64,000 nucleotides of DNA. Source: Octopus vulgaris (lineage: Eukaryota). Numbering within the stretch: position 1 is the stretch's first letter; each line of letters begins with the position of its first letter. Below, piece by piece: positions 1-14,344 of the stretch. The notes beneath the pieces are model-generated. The model did no database searches. It was not told where the DNA came from and saw only the letters and a list, made by a program, of their open reading frames with translations. The DNA is taken from positions 42,222,001-42,286,000 of the forward strand of contig OX597814.1 of NCBI GenBank assembly GCA_951406725.2, in the 5' to 3' direction. The position numbers and the translations under genes are program-made.

Positions 1-270
1 TTAAATGCATTATTATATAGGTGGCTATAGCAACTAAAATCGAAAAGGTAAAATGAGTAAACGAGGGTGCAAAGTAGCCCCTACAATTGCGAGCAATGAG
101 AGCCAAAATTTAATCCGAACAGCCACACGAAAGCCCTAACCTCATGAAATATTTGGGATAACGACCAGCAAGCTACAACATTTATCATTGGCGAGATACA
201 CTCATGCAATGAAATAATTCAAGAAAAATATTTTCAAGTGATTTCGAAATCTGATCTTGTTTCTCGTCAG

Positions 271-376
271 AGGTTTCTAGAATTGCTCCAGGTTAAATGA
301 GATAGCCTGCCTCGTTCATGAGGAAAAGCAAAGATTGAATAGAGAGCGCTAAAATTCAAAACGATTAATGTAAATA
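271..376 (+). pseudogene. FN3 N-terminal half pseudo-exon
   Basis: RFLELLQVK*DSLPRS*GKAKIE*RALKFKT resembles L.V.W..P....G.I..Y.L; donor A|GTAAG at 377. Confidence 0.45.
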
Positions 377-1342
377 GTAAGATACTTTCTATATAGCATT
401 TATCTGTTTATCATTTGCTGCTACGTGCTTTGTTTGAAAAAAATTGCCAATCACACGAATAAATTAACGTCTTCCTCATACGATGCATTGAGGGCTGAGT
501 TATAAATGTGTGTATGTGAGAGAGAAAGAGAGAGGGAGAGAGAGAAAGAGAGATAGAGATAGAGAGAGATCGCGCGTGTGTGTGTGTGTGAGTATGTTGA
601 GATATGATTTTCAATGTGTGCATGGAAGATTCATGTAAGTATAGACTGAAATTATTCATTTAATGCAATCGTAAGTAGCCTATTCAGAACCACTCCGAGA
701 GGAAATAAAGTTTGACGAATAATTACATTCAATACCTAAATAAAGCTAACATACACATTTCGTATTATTATTGTATATACCTTATCAATATGCAAACTTG
801 TCAGCTATATAGTTTATCTCGCCGTGTCACGCATTTGATCACTGTATGTAATGTTTCTACGTCAATAGACGGATTTATCTAACAGCTTTATATTTAAGGT
901 AATGTTTTATTAGAAATCTTATTAGAAATATTTTTTAAGTAACACTGTACATTAGCTTACAAATATACTATACACGTTGGAAATTAAAGCTACATGAAGA
1001 CCTAAAAGAAACATTTAGTATTTCTATAAATGGAGATATATTGGCTCATACAAATTTATTCACATGACGTGAACGTCATATTATTTGTTTATAGATATGT
1101 TTATCCAGTCATCTATTTATAAATGCTACAGATACCAAAAATCCATATACTTAGACACATGTTCATGCGCACAACCAAAACCTAAATAGCCAAATACGAA
1201 AAAAAAGAGATGCTTAAAAACAAGTTCAAAGCCGTATGTATATATCATATATATGTGTGTGTGTGTGTGCGTTTGTATATACGTATGTATTTATATATAT
1301 ATATATATATATTATGTATGTATTTATATACATATATGTATA

Positions 1343-1375
<33 letters not shown>

Positions 1376-1460
1376 CTTATACACACTTTTATATAGGGAC
1401 ATGTATACTTATACGTCATTTCTAGTTACGTGCGTATATATATAATCCATATACGTGTGC

Positions 1461-1499
<39 letters not shown>

Positions 1500-1558
1500 T
1501 GCAAACACATACAAAAACACATACAGAGACACACATGCACACGTGTAAGTATATATAT

Positions 1559-1602
<44 letters not shown>

Positions 1603-3299
1603 ACACATCGAAATTTCATTTGGTATATATATTTACTAAGATAGTCATTTTACGTAATTTAGATATGGTTTAGCCATCTAGGGGATACGTTTCCCTATAA
1701 CATAAAAGTACAGCACACATTAACTTCAAACACCAAATCGCTTCTAGCAGCAGACCAAAGTTGGCATACAGTTATATATTAAAATATTACTTTATTCATC
1801 TTATAAACGTATTAAAATGGTTTGAGCACTGCTGCTTCTGTCTGTTGATTCAACCAACATTTGAACCAATCACAAAAATTCAGTGTATATGGATAAAAGA
1901 ATCCCTAATATTTGTTTGTTAATTAGTGCTATTCACTGAAGACTGTTAGCATTAAGATAATACACAAAGGCTAGCGTGCTGTTAGTTCAATTTCTAATCA
2001 GCCGTAATAGGACTGCAAATGTAGTTACGATGCTTTCAGCATTTCCAAGTCTTTCAGGCGCATAAAATAAATTCATGCACTGTATTCCAAAGTCATGCGC
2101 AGTAATGTTATTATACTTGGCAATCAATACTTCCTTCATTCATTTTTAATTTGGCTTCTCACTTTGTACTCAACTCTCCTGCTTCTATATAAACTCATCT
2201 CTTTATCGTTATAATTCCTCACCTCTTGCGCTCATACATTTTCAAATTTGCACTATGTCTATGTAATAATTTCCACAACACACAGACACGCGCGCGAACA
2301 AAAACTTACGAGAACATGTATGTATGTATATATATATAAACATATATATATATGTGTGTGTGCGTGTGTGTGTATATATGTATGTATGTACGTATATATT
2401 ACTATGTAGGTGTATTTGAATACATTTCACACATATTCTAATAATATGGAATTCTAGCTAATTTTTAGACATTAAACAAATTTTTCAGATATCGCTTATC
2501 ATTTTATTAATGTGTCCACAATAGAACATTTAAGGATCTTCTCCATTAATCTGTCTAACTGCAATTAATTATTTACTGCTGAGAATCTAAGTGGATACAT
2601 TGTAAAGGTAGGTAATGCTCTTGCCTCGTTAGATACATGCATACACATAAATGCATATATACATTTATATAGGGCCACTCTATGTATATATGTGTGCATT
2701 TATTTGTTTATTTAGGTTATAATTCTAAAGCAATTTTCAAAATAACAACTAAATATTTATGATACCGAGAATCAATATTAAGAGCAGTGTTAAAATCATT
2801 TTTGACTAATTTAATCACTGGCTCATACACTAACACGCACCCACACACACACGCACTCAATCTGCCTCACATGTATATATCTGTATATGTGTGTGTCTGT
2901 GTTTATGTGTGTGTCTGTGTATATGTGTGTGTATGTGTATGCGTGTGTGTGTATGTGTATGCGTGTGTTTGTCGGTGTGTGTAGTTAGTTATAATATTTT
3001 GCCATTACTCTTAGTATTGATTCTTTGATAAATATTTAACTTTATTTTTCAAATTGCTTTATAATAACGTGAATCGCTGAGTCAGCGCCTAGACCGTCTA
3101 AATTTATTGGGCAGACAAAATCAATAATTTTGTTAGTCACTTCGGAAAAGAAAAACACTATCTCTACATAATATTAACCATTACTATTCCGTCCTCTTTT
3201 TGCTCTTTGTTGCATTTGAGTTGAGAATACATCGGACCAGAATATACATTATAGCTGCAGCAAAATGAACCGTTCATGTATATTTTTAATATTTTACGG

Positions 3300-3680
3300 A
3301 ACTATGGTGGGGATATTGTATGATCGTTAGCACGTGGTTGATTTTGCATTTCACTTTTCCGGTGTCGATAAAATATGTATCAGAGAAGCATTGGAGTCAA
3401 TGCAATCCACTTTACCTAACCAAAATTTGCTGGGCTTGTGCGAAAATCTGAGACTATTATTTTCTGTGGAAAAAGCTCGTAGAATCGTTACGACACCAGG
3501 TAAAATGTTTGTTGGCATTTCTTATCTCTTTACAATGTCAGGTCAAATTCTACTGTGTCCGAATTGGATTCAGCTTCTCAGTATCGATAAAATAAGTATG
3601 ACATGAGCACCGGGGTTTATGTAATCGACGTATCCCTCCCCGAATCTGCTGGCCTGATGTCAAATGTGAAACCAGTGTTT
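3300..3680 (+). mobile_element. Degraded SINE copies (family A)
   Basis: gtggttgattttgcatttcacttttccggtgtcgataaaat resembles the core at 9829-10345 and 28689. Confidence 0.55.
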
Positions 3681-4653
3681 ATGCAACTCAAATCCATGCT
3701 TTAAATTAGTTATCAGCACGTCAGGAACCTGCAACTGGATATTATGACTACGACTCTTTTGCAGCTACCATTATATTTCTCTGTAGCTAAATAGTGAGAA
3801 CGAGTGTGAATATGCACGAATGAAGCAAATACATTTTCTGGTTATCTAATTGATTCTAGTGTGTAAATGATACCCTTCAGGCACGTATAAAACTATGGAT
3901 TTATATACATTTATATACGCTTCATCCTTCACATTATCACAGACACAAGAAAAATGATACGACAATGGAATAATATATAATCACAAATAGATATATATAA
4001 GAATTTTACGCCTTCGAGACATCTGTCACATGCGAGTAAATATAGCGTGATGACAATTAAATTTTTTCAGTAAGTGCATTTGTTGGGTATCTAGTCACAA
4101 GTAGATATAGCTGTTGTTACGGAACTCTAACCTTTTAACCAATGGAACATCTATGATATAATAGAAGGAAGAACAAGGAGGTTGTCCTAACATCGAACCA
4201 ATATGCATTAGAGCTTTGTAAACTTAGCAAACAGAAATGAAATGATTACTCAAATGAAATATAATGCGCCTACTGTTCCAAGAACAGAACTTATATTTCA
4301 ATCATAGTTAAGCTCTATAGCCCATTTCATCATTGTTATTTTATTTATGATTTAGCCACTTAAGCATATTATTCCGACCTGCTTTTTTATGAAAATATCA
4401 CTATGAGCTGTACGATATTACTGCTGAATTTATTAGCTGAATGATTATATATATTTATTTATTTATGATAATCACAGGAAGCTTGAAACAGGGATTTTGT
4501 AATCCAAATTATATGGATCATTAAAACGTATTCAGTTGATAGGATTAGTTGAATTAGATATCATCTATATTTCATTGTTCAAATCAGGTTGTTAAATGTG
4601 TCACCTTGTTTTCGAAACCCCCATGTTGTGGGGATAGCATATTTATTTTTAAG

Positions 4654-4955
4654 ATATCCAATAGTCTATAAGTTGGTAGATGCAATAAGTAAAGTTGTCA
4701 CATGGAACACCCCCTTTGATGTAGAGATTGACATTACTTGTTAGTATAGTTACTATTCTGATCTCTTCTTGAGATTTTACAACTAGCTAGTTTGCTTGTT
4801 GCAAATCAATGACCGATGGACGCTTTGTTTACAATATATTGCTGGCAGAAGCAGAACCTGGTTATCGCTCTGGTTTCCAGGTACGTGCGGTTGAGGATCA
4901 ACGAACCAGCTCGAAACTGAGTCAGCCTCCCGATCTTGTTGTCTGCTAGAGGATG
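4654..4955 (+). pseudogene. Complete fibronectin type III pseudo-exon
   Basis: Acceptor ttatttttaag|; DAISKVVTWNTPF..ITC*YSYYSD, frameshift, YNILLAEAEPGYRSGFQVRAVEDQRTSSKLSQP, frameshift, LED+G; phase-1 donor G|GTATGT at 4956. Confidence 0.7.
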
Positions 4956-5299
4956 GTATGTATTCGTGCCCCCTGCTAGCAATATATATATTATATATAG
5001 TATGCAGCGTCACACCGATAACCATCTGGCGGAACATCTGCTTATGGTTAAACTAGTAAACGCATGGAGCCGCCACTTTGATATGGCAATTGACTTTACT
5101 TGTAAGCAAAAAACAGATTTTCAATAAAAGAAAGCGAGACAAATATATAGAGTGAATGTAAACTGAGTGTGACGTACTGCAGCCTAAGGTATTTTACTTA
5201 CCTATGTGTTAATATACCTACCTAAAATTTAAAATAAACTGGGTGACGTTCTCATTTACTAAAAGACTTCATGAGTTCAAGTCTGCTCGCATTTTTTAG

Positions 5300-5590
5300 A
5301 ACAGAGACTTTATATGGCAGTTATGCAATTAATGGAAACAAATTGAAAGTCTTTACCCTAACTAAAGGTGTATCCTGAAAATGAACTCAATTATCAAGAG
5401 AACAGTGAAGCATATAACAACAGATGAGTGTAATGCATGTCTATTTATAACCTGTGACACTAGCAAGATTGTATTGATACATACATAGAATTACACAGGG
5501 TATGGAAGATTACTGAATGTATTGGCCAAGAATATATTTGGATACATTATTTGCTTAGTAAAACCAGTCCGTTGACAATATAGAAACGAA
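5300..5590 (+). pseudogene. FN3 pseudo-exon
   Basis: Frames give ELNYQE and TSKIVLIHT*NYTGYGRLLNVLAKNIFG, matching L..YT.Y...V.A.N..G. Confidence 0.5.
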
Positions 5591-6854
5591 CATTCACTAT
5601 GGAAACATGTATTCTTATATTGTTTAGCTTGCCGACTCAACTATCAGTGACTGTCATGAAACATCAACACATATGAAATAATATGTCCTATTTCGATCGA
5701 ATAATGGTTCGTTTTCAACATCACAAGGCATCTGTTGACGTTGATTGAAAAATCTGCCGTTTCCGATTAAATTAATCTTCATGATCGATATAATCGATTT
5801 CCGATTATCTCCTGTAGTCTCCGATATATTTATTTAGCCGTGTATGAATACATTGAAGATAGAAAATCTGTTGAGACAATATAGTAACAATTTCGATTAG
5901 TTTAACTGAGATATGGTGTTGTTGTGGAAGAGATTTAGAAGAATTTATCATGAACTTATCATAATATTTACATCGTATTTAAACAAAGAACAAATATAAT
6001 CGCCTAGATTTTACTGCATATTCACAGAGAGATGATGCGAAAAATAAGTAAGACCAGCCGCATTGAAATATGTTGAAAGGTCACGACACTGAGAATTACG
6101 TACTTAGATCTACTAATTTCGTAAGCATACATACAAAGGGCAGTGTATGAGTGCGTGTTTGTGCGCGTACACGTTCGTGCGTGCGTGCGTGCTTGTGAGT
6201 GTGAGTGTGTGCTTATTTTTCTGAATGGGTCTATGGGAGTAACTGTGAGAGAGCGTTTATGTTTCTGTCCTATTTTCCGCTACAGATTATATCTATACTA
6301 TATTTAATAGACTATAGTAAACATGTGCTTCTAATTAGAGCGACGAAGTGTGAGGGAACAGAATTGTATTCTAGACAAATCTCAAAGCTGTACTGGTATT
6401 TTATCAACCGCCAAGAAATTTTAATGATTAGAGAAAGACAATTATTATAAACCCAATTATATTCCATTGCTTTCTTACATGCTAACTCGATAAATAAGTA
6501 TCTGCTATGGTGTCACATGTTAAACTTTATTATTATTCGCTACTGTTATCAGTAAATCCGAATGAAGTTCATTTGAGTATGAAGAAAGGGAAGAAGAAAA
6601 CGTTTTTAAATCAGAAACGAAATGGAATGGACTTCATGAAAATCAACCATGCAGCACGTAGAGATGTTAAATTCTTCTAACCTTGTAGGTCACAATGGGA
6701 TATAAAATCGTTATGCAAAGAGCCGGAAAAAACTTTGAAAAGCATCGTAACTAACATTGTAACTTCGATGTCCTTTGATTGAAATATAGTGAATGTTCTA
6801 TATTTTCTTTGTGGCATGTTTGAGGTCCACTTTTTTCGTTTGTATTCTTTGCAC

Positions 6855-6947
6855 GGATATTAAAATCATAGAAATCATTTGTCTGCTAGTAGGCTGTACA
6901 ATTCTAGGAAATAATTTTACTGCTGTCTTCAGGCGAAGAAGTATAAG
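6855..6947 (+). pseudogene. Transmembrane plus basic stop-transfer pseudo-exon
   Basis: DIKIIEIICLLVGCTILGNNFTAVFRRRSIR then AG|GTTAAT. Confidence 0.45.
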
Positions 6948-7451
6948 GTTAATGTTCACATGCGTGTTTCCATAGCCGATTGTACATAAGACATACCTCG
7001 GAGCATTATGACGCATCATCAGTAACGTTCCTAATTCATTAAACGTTCCTGCTTTCATTCAGATGAACCTGCAGGTCTGAACATATACTGACTAGACTCT
7101 CCTCTGTAAAATAAAAGAGGCAAAATATCGTTTCCTCTTTCTCTAAGGAATTTTGTGGCTTTCCAATGTATTTCACAGATAGAGTGCATGCATACAACAC
7201 GTTCTCTTTTCTGCACAAATAATTCCAAGTAAGGCCGAGTACTAAAAGTTCAATAGCCTTACAGTGGATCTAGAAATGTTGGCATTTGTATACCTCATCT
7301 AGTTCTTATTGTAGAGGCCTCGCTTGAATATTCACATCTTATAGTTTCCAACACTTCAGTTCGCAGCTTATTACCGTCATTGGGTTTTGAAAATATTTCC
7401 ACGACTAGGCGGTGTTGTTTGTCCTATATGATCAATAAACCTTACCACTCT

Positions 7452-7572
7452 TGGAAATCCCTGTCTCGGTTGATTGTGTGTGTAGGGCATTGTAAATTAG
7501 ACAAAATGCTATCTGCGACACTGAACGGTTGTCACTCAAGCATAGCCAAAATTATGGCTTTCCATTTTATAG
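7452..7572 (+). pseudogene. Degenerate kinase subdomains I-II
   Basis: WKSLSRLIVCVGHCKLDKMLSATLNG...IAKIM; GHCKLDKM is one base per deviant codon from GxGxFGxV; donor G|GTATGT at 7573. Confidence 0.55.
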
Positions 7573-7602
7573 GTATGTAAATGTGCGTAAGTGTATGGAT
7601 GC

Positions 7603-7699
<97 letters not shown>

Positions 7700-7975
7700 G
7701 GGGCACTCCGTCGGTTACGAAGACGAGGGTCACATGGTCGCATCTGATACGATCAGCGGAACAGCTTGCTAGTGAAATTAAGGTGCAAGTGGCTGAGCAT
7801 TCCACAGACACATGTATCCTTAACGTAGTTCTCAGGGAGTTTCAGCGTGACACAGAGTGTCATAAGGCTGGCAATTTGAAATACAGGTACTACACATTTT
7901 TGCCAGGTGAGTGGATTGGAGCAATGTGAAATAAAGTGTCTTGCTCAAGGACAACGCCTCGTCGAGAATTCATAT
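7700..7975 (-). mobile_element. tRNA-derived SINE fragment (family C)
   Basis: gagtggattggagcaatgtgaaataaagtgtcttgctcaaggac is a typical reverse SINE segment near the head; GC-richer island beside a (GT)n tract. Confidence 0.55.
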
Positions 7976-8789
7976 CACGAAGGCAACATATTTAAATCAA
8001 TCACTGGAATTGTAAAAATCTGTGAAACGTTCTAGAAGTTTATTATCAAAATATATTTGAGCATGTTTAGATATGCAATTATATGCATGAGGATGTATAC
8101 ATAAAGCAAAAATACAAATCTGCACTTATGCATACATATATACATACATGTATACATGCATACAAACAAACAAACGTAACCTGTTGTTGATGTTGAAATT
8201 CCACTGAAGAATCTTTTAATCTAGGTTAGAAAACCTATTGGCAAGAAATATTGAAATGAGACTAAACAATGACATACGTACATATATACTAACATACATA
8301 CAAACAAATATACATACATACATACATACGTACATACATATATATGAATGTGTGTTTGTGTGACTGGTCTTTATTTCAGAACATCATATTGGTTTATGTT
8401 GTAATTCCATACCAAGTAGATGAAGTTAAAATAATCGCTCTCATAAATCCGTCGTGTCTTCCGTGCTCTGATTAGTAAGTACTTGATGCTCCTAATATCT
8501 GCTTCCAACTACATAAGTAAGTAAAACTATTTGTGAAATCTTTGTAAGTGTTAATAAAGCATACTCACTCACGAGTGATAGCTGGTTGTACTCAATTGGA
8601 CTGTAGACCTGGGTGTGTATGCGTATAGTGCTCTATAGTGCTTTTCACATACATATTTAATATGTAACAGATACACACATAGAACACAGTAACAGATACA
8701 CACATAGAACACGAGTGCGTGCACACAGACTTATATACACACACACATAAATACAGACATGCATCGACTGGTTTTTCGAGGTAAACTTA

Positions 8790-9190
8790 AAGGTGTGCAT
8801 CGCAGGTAAAAAAAATACGTTATTCCACCCAAAAGTTAAAATACATAAAAGAATGAAAAATATATCAAATAGATTCTCTCTGGGAGATTAGAATTTACTC
8901 CAATTAGCAGACATAAGTTTCCAACTCTGATGTACGCGTTTCTTACTTTCTACTAGGAAAGATCTTCGAGCACCTTCTTGATGTTGGTTCCTATCCAGCC
9001 TTGGACTTAGAAGCTAAGCTGTTGGTGTTTTTTCAACAACACGCAACACATAGTAAGTATAAGGATTATAATCGTAGGAATAAGGTCAGAAATAGAGAGG
9101 GTGAAGTCGTAGAAATTCTCCGACAGCAATTTCGAACTTTTTCTAGAAGTATGGCAAGGAACCAAGTCCTATTACCATACTGTGCAGTTC
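8790..9190 (-). mobile_element. Very degraded mariner-like transposase 3' fragment
   Basis: Minus-strand LHPLYF*P resembles HPPYSPDL near 9085-9110; otherwise weak. Confidence 0.3.
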
Positions 9191-9828
9191 TTGGATAGTC
9201 CTATTAGTTTGAAAGCGAACACGTGATTTTTTACTGATTTTTCCACGGTCAGATGTTTGCGATTGGTTGTTTTTCATAGAACATTTACAAAGACAATTTC
9301 ACTGGTTTGAGGCTGGAGGATTGCACTTAGTTTAATGAAAGTATATATTGATAAGTCACCTACCATATCTAACTTTGCTTTACTGCATGTTATGAGTATA
9401 CACATTTACATTTATACTTGCGTGTATTACTATATATAATGTATAGGTAAATGTATCAATTTCCTTTGAAAATGCCCAACACATATTTTTGTAAAACATC
9501 TGTTTAACATTTCACATTTCATTCTTTTTCAGGAGTACCACTGATAACTGAAATCATACAAGCGCTTAACAGTAGTTTCATGTAAGTTAAATTTTAAAAT
9601 ACAATTATTATAAAATGGAAATATTTTTAAAGCAGCTAAAGAAAAAAACAATGAAAAGTTTTATATTGTTTAAATTCCTATTGTTTAAGTAATGTTTATT
9701 CTTATGAATACACAAATGCGCACACAAAAAGAAAAACATTTCTTGTACTTTTCATTTTATTTTTTTTTTCAGTTACTGTGAAATTCTCTAAAACCCCGCT
9801 CGTTCTCTTGTATCATTTCTTTCCTTTC

Positions 9829-10345
9829 TAATTCCGCCGAGGTCGACTATGCCTTTCATCCTTTCGGGATCGATAAAATTAAGTACCAGTTACGCATTGG
9901 GGTCAATGTAATCGACTTAATCCGTTTGTCTGTCCTTTTTTGTCCCCTCTGTGTTTGTCCCCTCTGTGTGTATCCCCTTGTGTTTATCCCCTTGTGGGTA
10001 GTAAGAAATAGGTATTTCGCCTGTCGCGAATTCCGCCGAGGTCAACTTTGCCTTTCATCCATTCGGGGTCGATTAAATAAGTACCAGGTACGCACTGGGG
10101 TCGATATAATCGATTTAATCCATTTGTCTGTCCTTATTTGTCCCCTCTGTATTTAGTCCCTTGTGGGTAATAAAGGAATAGGTATTTCGTCTGCCGCTAT
10201 GTTCTGAGTTCAAATTCCGCCGAGGTCGACTTTGACTTTCATAATTTCGGAGGCGATAAAATAAGTAACAGTATAGCACTAGGGTTAATGTAATCGACTT
10301 AGCACCTTGCAACAAACTGCTGGCCTTGTTCCAAAACTTGAAACC
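9829..10345 (+). mobile_element. Tandem array of three head-less SINE family A units
   Basis: aattccgccgaggtc(g/a)act(a/t)tg..tttcat core repeated at ~9830, ~10029 and ~10213. Confidence 0.85.
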
Positions 10346-10650
10346 CTTATATTTTCGCTTTTTATAGCCATCATCAACGGTTATGTATCGTCATACTCGT
10401 ATCTGGTGAAAAAACGTGTGTTCGCACATGTTGCTGTATCTTTACAGGTGGTTCAGTAAACGCGATATGTGCAGACATTCGCAACGGAATTACAATATGA
10501 GACTCATTTGTGTGCTGTCTGTTGTATGTTCAACTTTATTTAAGACGAACATACTCTATATTGTTCAATCTTTATCAGTGTTTTGTTTCTAATTATGGAC
10601 AGTATAATTCAAATGTATGTTTTACAAACAATTCGTTTACGTGTTTCCAG

Positions 10651-10764
10651 GTGTACTGGGATGCTGTCATCGTATTGCTTTTTGAGTACCATGCGTTTAC
10701 CTCCCCAAATTTAATTCTTTGAGAATAGCATTCGATTGTTAAAATTTGGAAAATATGTTTAATG
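10651..10764 (+). pseudogene. Degenerate kinase subdomains VIII-IX
   Basis: tttccag| VYWDA..LLFEYHAFTS, then AF-IVKIWKICLMG resembling FG+V+WEI..+G; SYKG (PY.G-like) follows near 10795. Confidence 0.45.
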
Positions 10765-10999
10765 GTTCTTTTCCTAGCAGAGGCTCTTGTGGTATCATAT
10801 AAAGGGGAACAGTTCAAAATTTTTAGTTCATACTTTATAGTATATTTTATTGTTACAATATTTTGTGATGAAATTTAAGTTCGTTTCATGGGTATTATGA
10901 TGATGTTTTGTTTTTCTGTTATCACTTGCATATTTTGTAAGCATGCATTTATTTACATGTATATGTTATGCATATTTATATATATATTTATATTTTACA

Positions 11000-11126
11000 A
11001 ATACTTTTGAAAAATATTCACGTAAGTCGATATGTATTAATATACGTATACACATTTTAAGTCGAATTTATAAATGTATGCTTGCCTAATTTGAATTTAT
11101 ATCTTAATTCTTATCTTTTGTCTTGA
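11000..11126 (+). repeat. Third copy of the palindrome outer arm
   Basis: tatacacattttaagtcgaatttataaatgtatg...cttaattcttat matches 14395-14472 and the reverse complement of 13376-13505. Confidence 0.85.
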
Positions 11127-11319
11127 ACATTCTCTATAAGTCTAATTAACTGGGGAACACCTTAAACACTTACACACAAATAGGCACCCAGCAAACACCC
11201 CAATATTCCATAATAATACACTTTGCACATACATAGGAACGCTTCTAGCACCAAGAACTTCCTAAACTCTAGCAATGGGATAATTACAAGCCATAATACA
11301 TATTTAAACAACCCCATCT

Positions 11320-12420
11320 AGTTTAAATGTGTCCAGACTACATAAAAGCCTTTGACTCTGTTCCCCACTCGTGGATGAAAAATGACCTTCAAATTGCTAA
11401 AAATCTATTTAGTATAATCAAAACTATAGCTGACCTGACCCCATCGTGGTTCACCATCTTGAAATTAAACACCAAGAGTCACTGCATTATCATTGATAGA
11501 AAACAGTATCGCAAAGGGGACAGCCTCTGTGAGATGTTGTTCATAGTTCCTGTAAACTCTTGTCATTCATGTTAAAAAAACCTGAGGGATAACTTACTAA
11601 TTTACAAGGAAGCAGAAATACCAAAATTACACAGCGTGTGTTTGCGGATGACTTGAAATTTTTTGCAATGTATATGCATGAGATGAAAAAGAGCAGTGAC
11701 ATAGTTACATTTTCAAAGGGTGTAGGGACGAAGTTTGGTAAGGATAAATGCTATATGGGGAAAACTATAAATCAGTCCAGCACCATCTCCATCAGTGATT
11801 TAACTGTTTCCCCTATATTTGACAAGAAATATTATAGTTAACTAGGGTTGAAGGAACACATATCTTACAGTGGCGTCTGTAAAAAAACACGTATCACTAA
11901 AGAATATTATAGTCGAATAAAGAAACTTTGGACCTCATAGTACCCTGCATACAATTAAACAGTGGCTCACAATGTGCTTCCAGTGCCAGTACCCATACCA
12001 ACATTTGAGCTGCTTGATTGGACGCCTGCTAAGATCCGAGCCATTTATATGAAAATCCGAAAAATACTAAGCACACAGTTTCCACATAAACAGTGACGTA
12101 GAACGCTTCAACCAAAATCAAAAACAAGGCAGCAGAGGCATATCAACGATCCAAAATGCGTTTGATTGCCGTATCACATCCCTTCGATAACATCATTTAA
12201 CCAGCAAGTATCGAAGCGCATCCTGTGACAAAATTTTCATACATGAGGCTGATGACATCATAAGACTTGGAAGGCAGCTCCTTGGGCAACATTCTTTGTC
12301 AGATAACTTAGAATATATGCTCAAAGAAGTCACACGACTATATCGCAACGTATCATCGCATGAAAGGATGTGCTTATATAAGAATAAACTCTGCATGGAT
12401 TTTTCGAAGAAACCTCCGAA
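11320..12420 (+). mobile_element. Decayed non-LTR retrotransposon RT region (R4/Dong-like)
   Basis: DYIKAFDSVPHSW, KGDSLC..LF, FADDLK and KFGKDKC motifs across frameshifts. Confidence 0.85.
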
Positions 12421-12545
12421 ATATAAATATGCACATACGCATACATACATACAAACAAGAATACCCTGTTGAAATGTCAAGACTTCTATTGGCAAGAAAT
12501 CTTGAAATACAACTGAACAATGTCATACAAACATAAATACACACA

Positions 12546-12734
<189 letters not shown>

Positions 12735-13375
12735 GTATTTATATATACGTATTTATATATATTCCCGGCAGTAAATATAAATTGTGTAACTATGCTAATA
12801 CCTAGAGCAAAAGCTTAATCCATTTCTTCAGATAGTGATAACTCTAAAAATGAAACATCTAATCACTTAAGACAAATGCATTATGATTAAGTACACGCTA
12901 GGGATTTTGAAAATTAATTATAACAATATCATTTTAAAGAATGGTTTTAGATACAATGTTGTAAAACAATGAATTTTTCCAGACGAATCTGATAATCAAT
13001 ATTTCAATAGATAAAATTTATCGGTAAACAACTAAATTCTAAAGTATAACCGATAATTAATTGATAGACGACGGATAAATCACATATTAGAATTATATCG
13101 CAAGCATTTTATATTATGCATGTCTTTAGAAGTTGTTAACATATATTAACCCAGAGTTATTATATGTCTTTATTAAACATAAGTGAAATAAAAAATTTAG
13201 GTTTAATACAAGTTTAGTTTCCGCTTGATTGAAACGAACTTATAACGCTAATATAACAATCACACACATTTTTCTTACAAATAGAATGACGCCTAGTACA
13301 TACAATTATATATATATATAATATTGTTCTTACGAATTATATAGAACTGCTAAAATGAAATGCCGGGATCGAACC

Positions 13376-13938
13376 CAAGACAAAATATAAGAATTAAAAT
13401 ATAAATTCAAATTGGGCAATCATACTCATACATTTATAAATTCGACTTAAAATGTGTATACATATATTAATACATATTGACACGTGAATATTTTTTTAAT
13501 GTATTTAGAAAAAAATATATATATATACGTATAAAAAAATACACGTATATAAAACCCATCTGGGATACGTATGAAAGGAAGTGTTAGAAAAAGAGGATTA
13601 ATAAAAAGAGGAATTAATTAATTAATTATCTTTTTACACTGAAATTTAGAGCGGTTAAGAGTTTCGATTAATAGATCTATAGAGTTCGATGTGATATTAA
13701 AAATATAAGTGGTATATAAGGTATATGATACGGCCGTTGAAAGTGAACCTCCTCGAACTGTATTATATAACTTATATACCATTTATATTCTAGAAAAACA
13801 CACCGGTCTCTTTGGATCTTTTAATCAAATTTTTATCATAATTTCAGTACTCACACACACAAAAATTAACTCCTATTTTCTCACACTACCTTCTATACGT
13901 ATCCCACGTGGGTTTTATTTACATATTTTTTATGTATA

Positions 13939-13999
<61 letters not shown>

Positions 14000-14027
14000 T
14001 TATATATATATATACATATATATATGC

Positions 14028-14084
<57 letters not shown>

Positions 14085-14228
14085 AATATATATATATATG
14101 CATATATATATATATATATATAAATATACATATATATATATATATATAAATATACATATATATGCATATATATATATATATATATATATAAATATACATA
14201 TATATATATATATAAATATACATATATA

Positions 14229-14294
<66 letters not shown>

Positions 14295-14307
14295 TATATA
14301 TATATAT

Positions 14308-14344
<37 letters not shown>

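Larger units (their letters stand above)
12..10815 (+). pseudogene. Decayed multi-exon receptor tyrosine kinase-like gene (FN3 repeats, TM helix, kinase subdomains); 5' part lies left of the window
   Basis: Colinear manual translations with stops and frameshifts: FN3 pieces at 271-376, ~1663-1770, 4654-4955 and ~5300-5590; TM-like exon 6855-6947; kinase-like pieces at 7452-7572, ~8530-8612, 9533-9581, 10369-10419 and 10651-10764. Several are bounded by AG/GT sites. Family assignment is inference from motif order. Confidence 0.6.

Noticed and set aside
8663-8712. 25-bp tandem duplication (a similar short one at 31203-31236)
   Set aside because: Ordinary slippage duplications.
9829-10345. Regularly spaced repeats as a CRISPR-like array
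   Set aside because: Units are ~190-bp SINE bodies without unique spacers, in a eukaryotic context with no cas genes.
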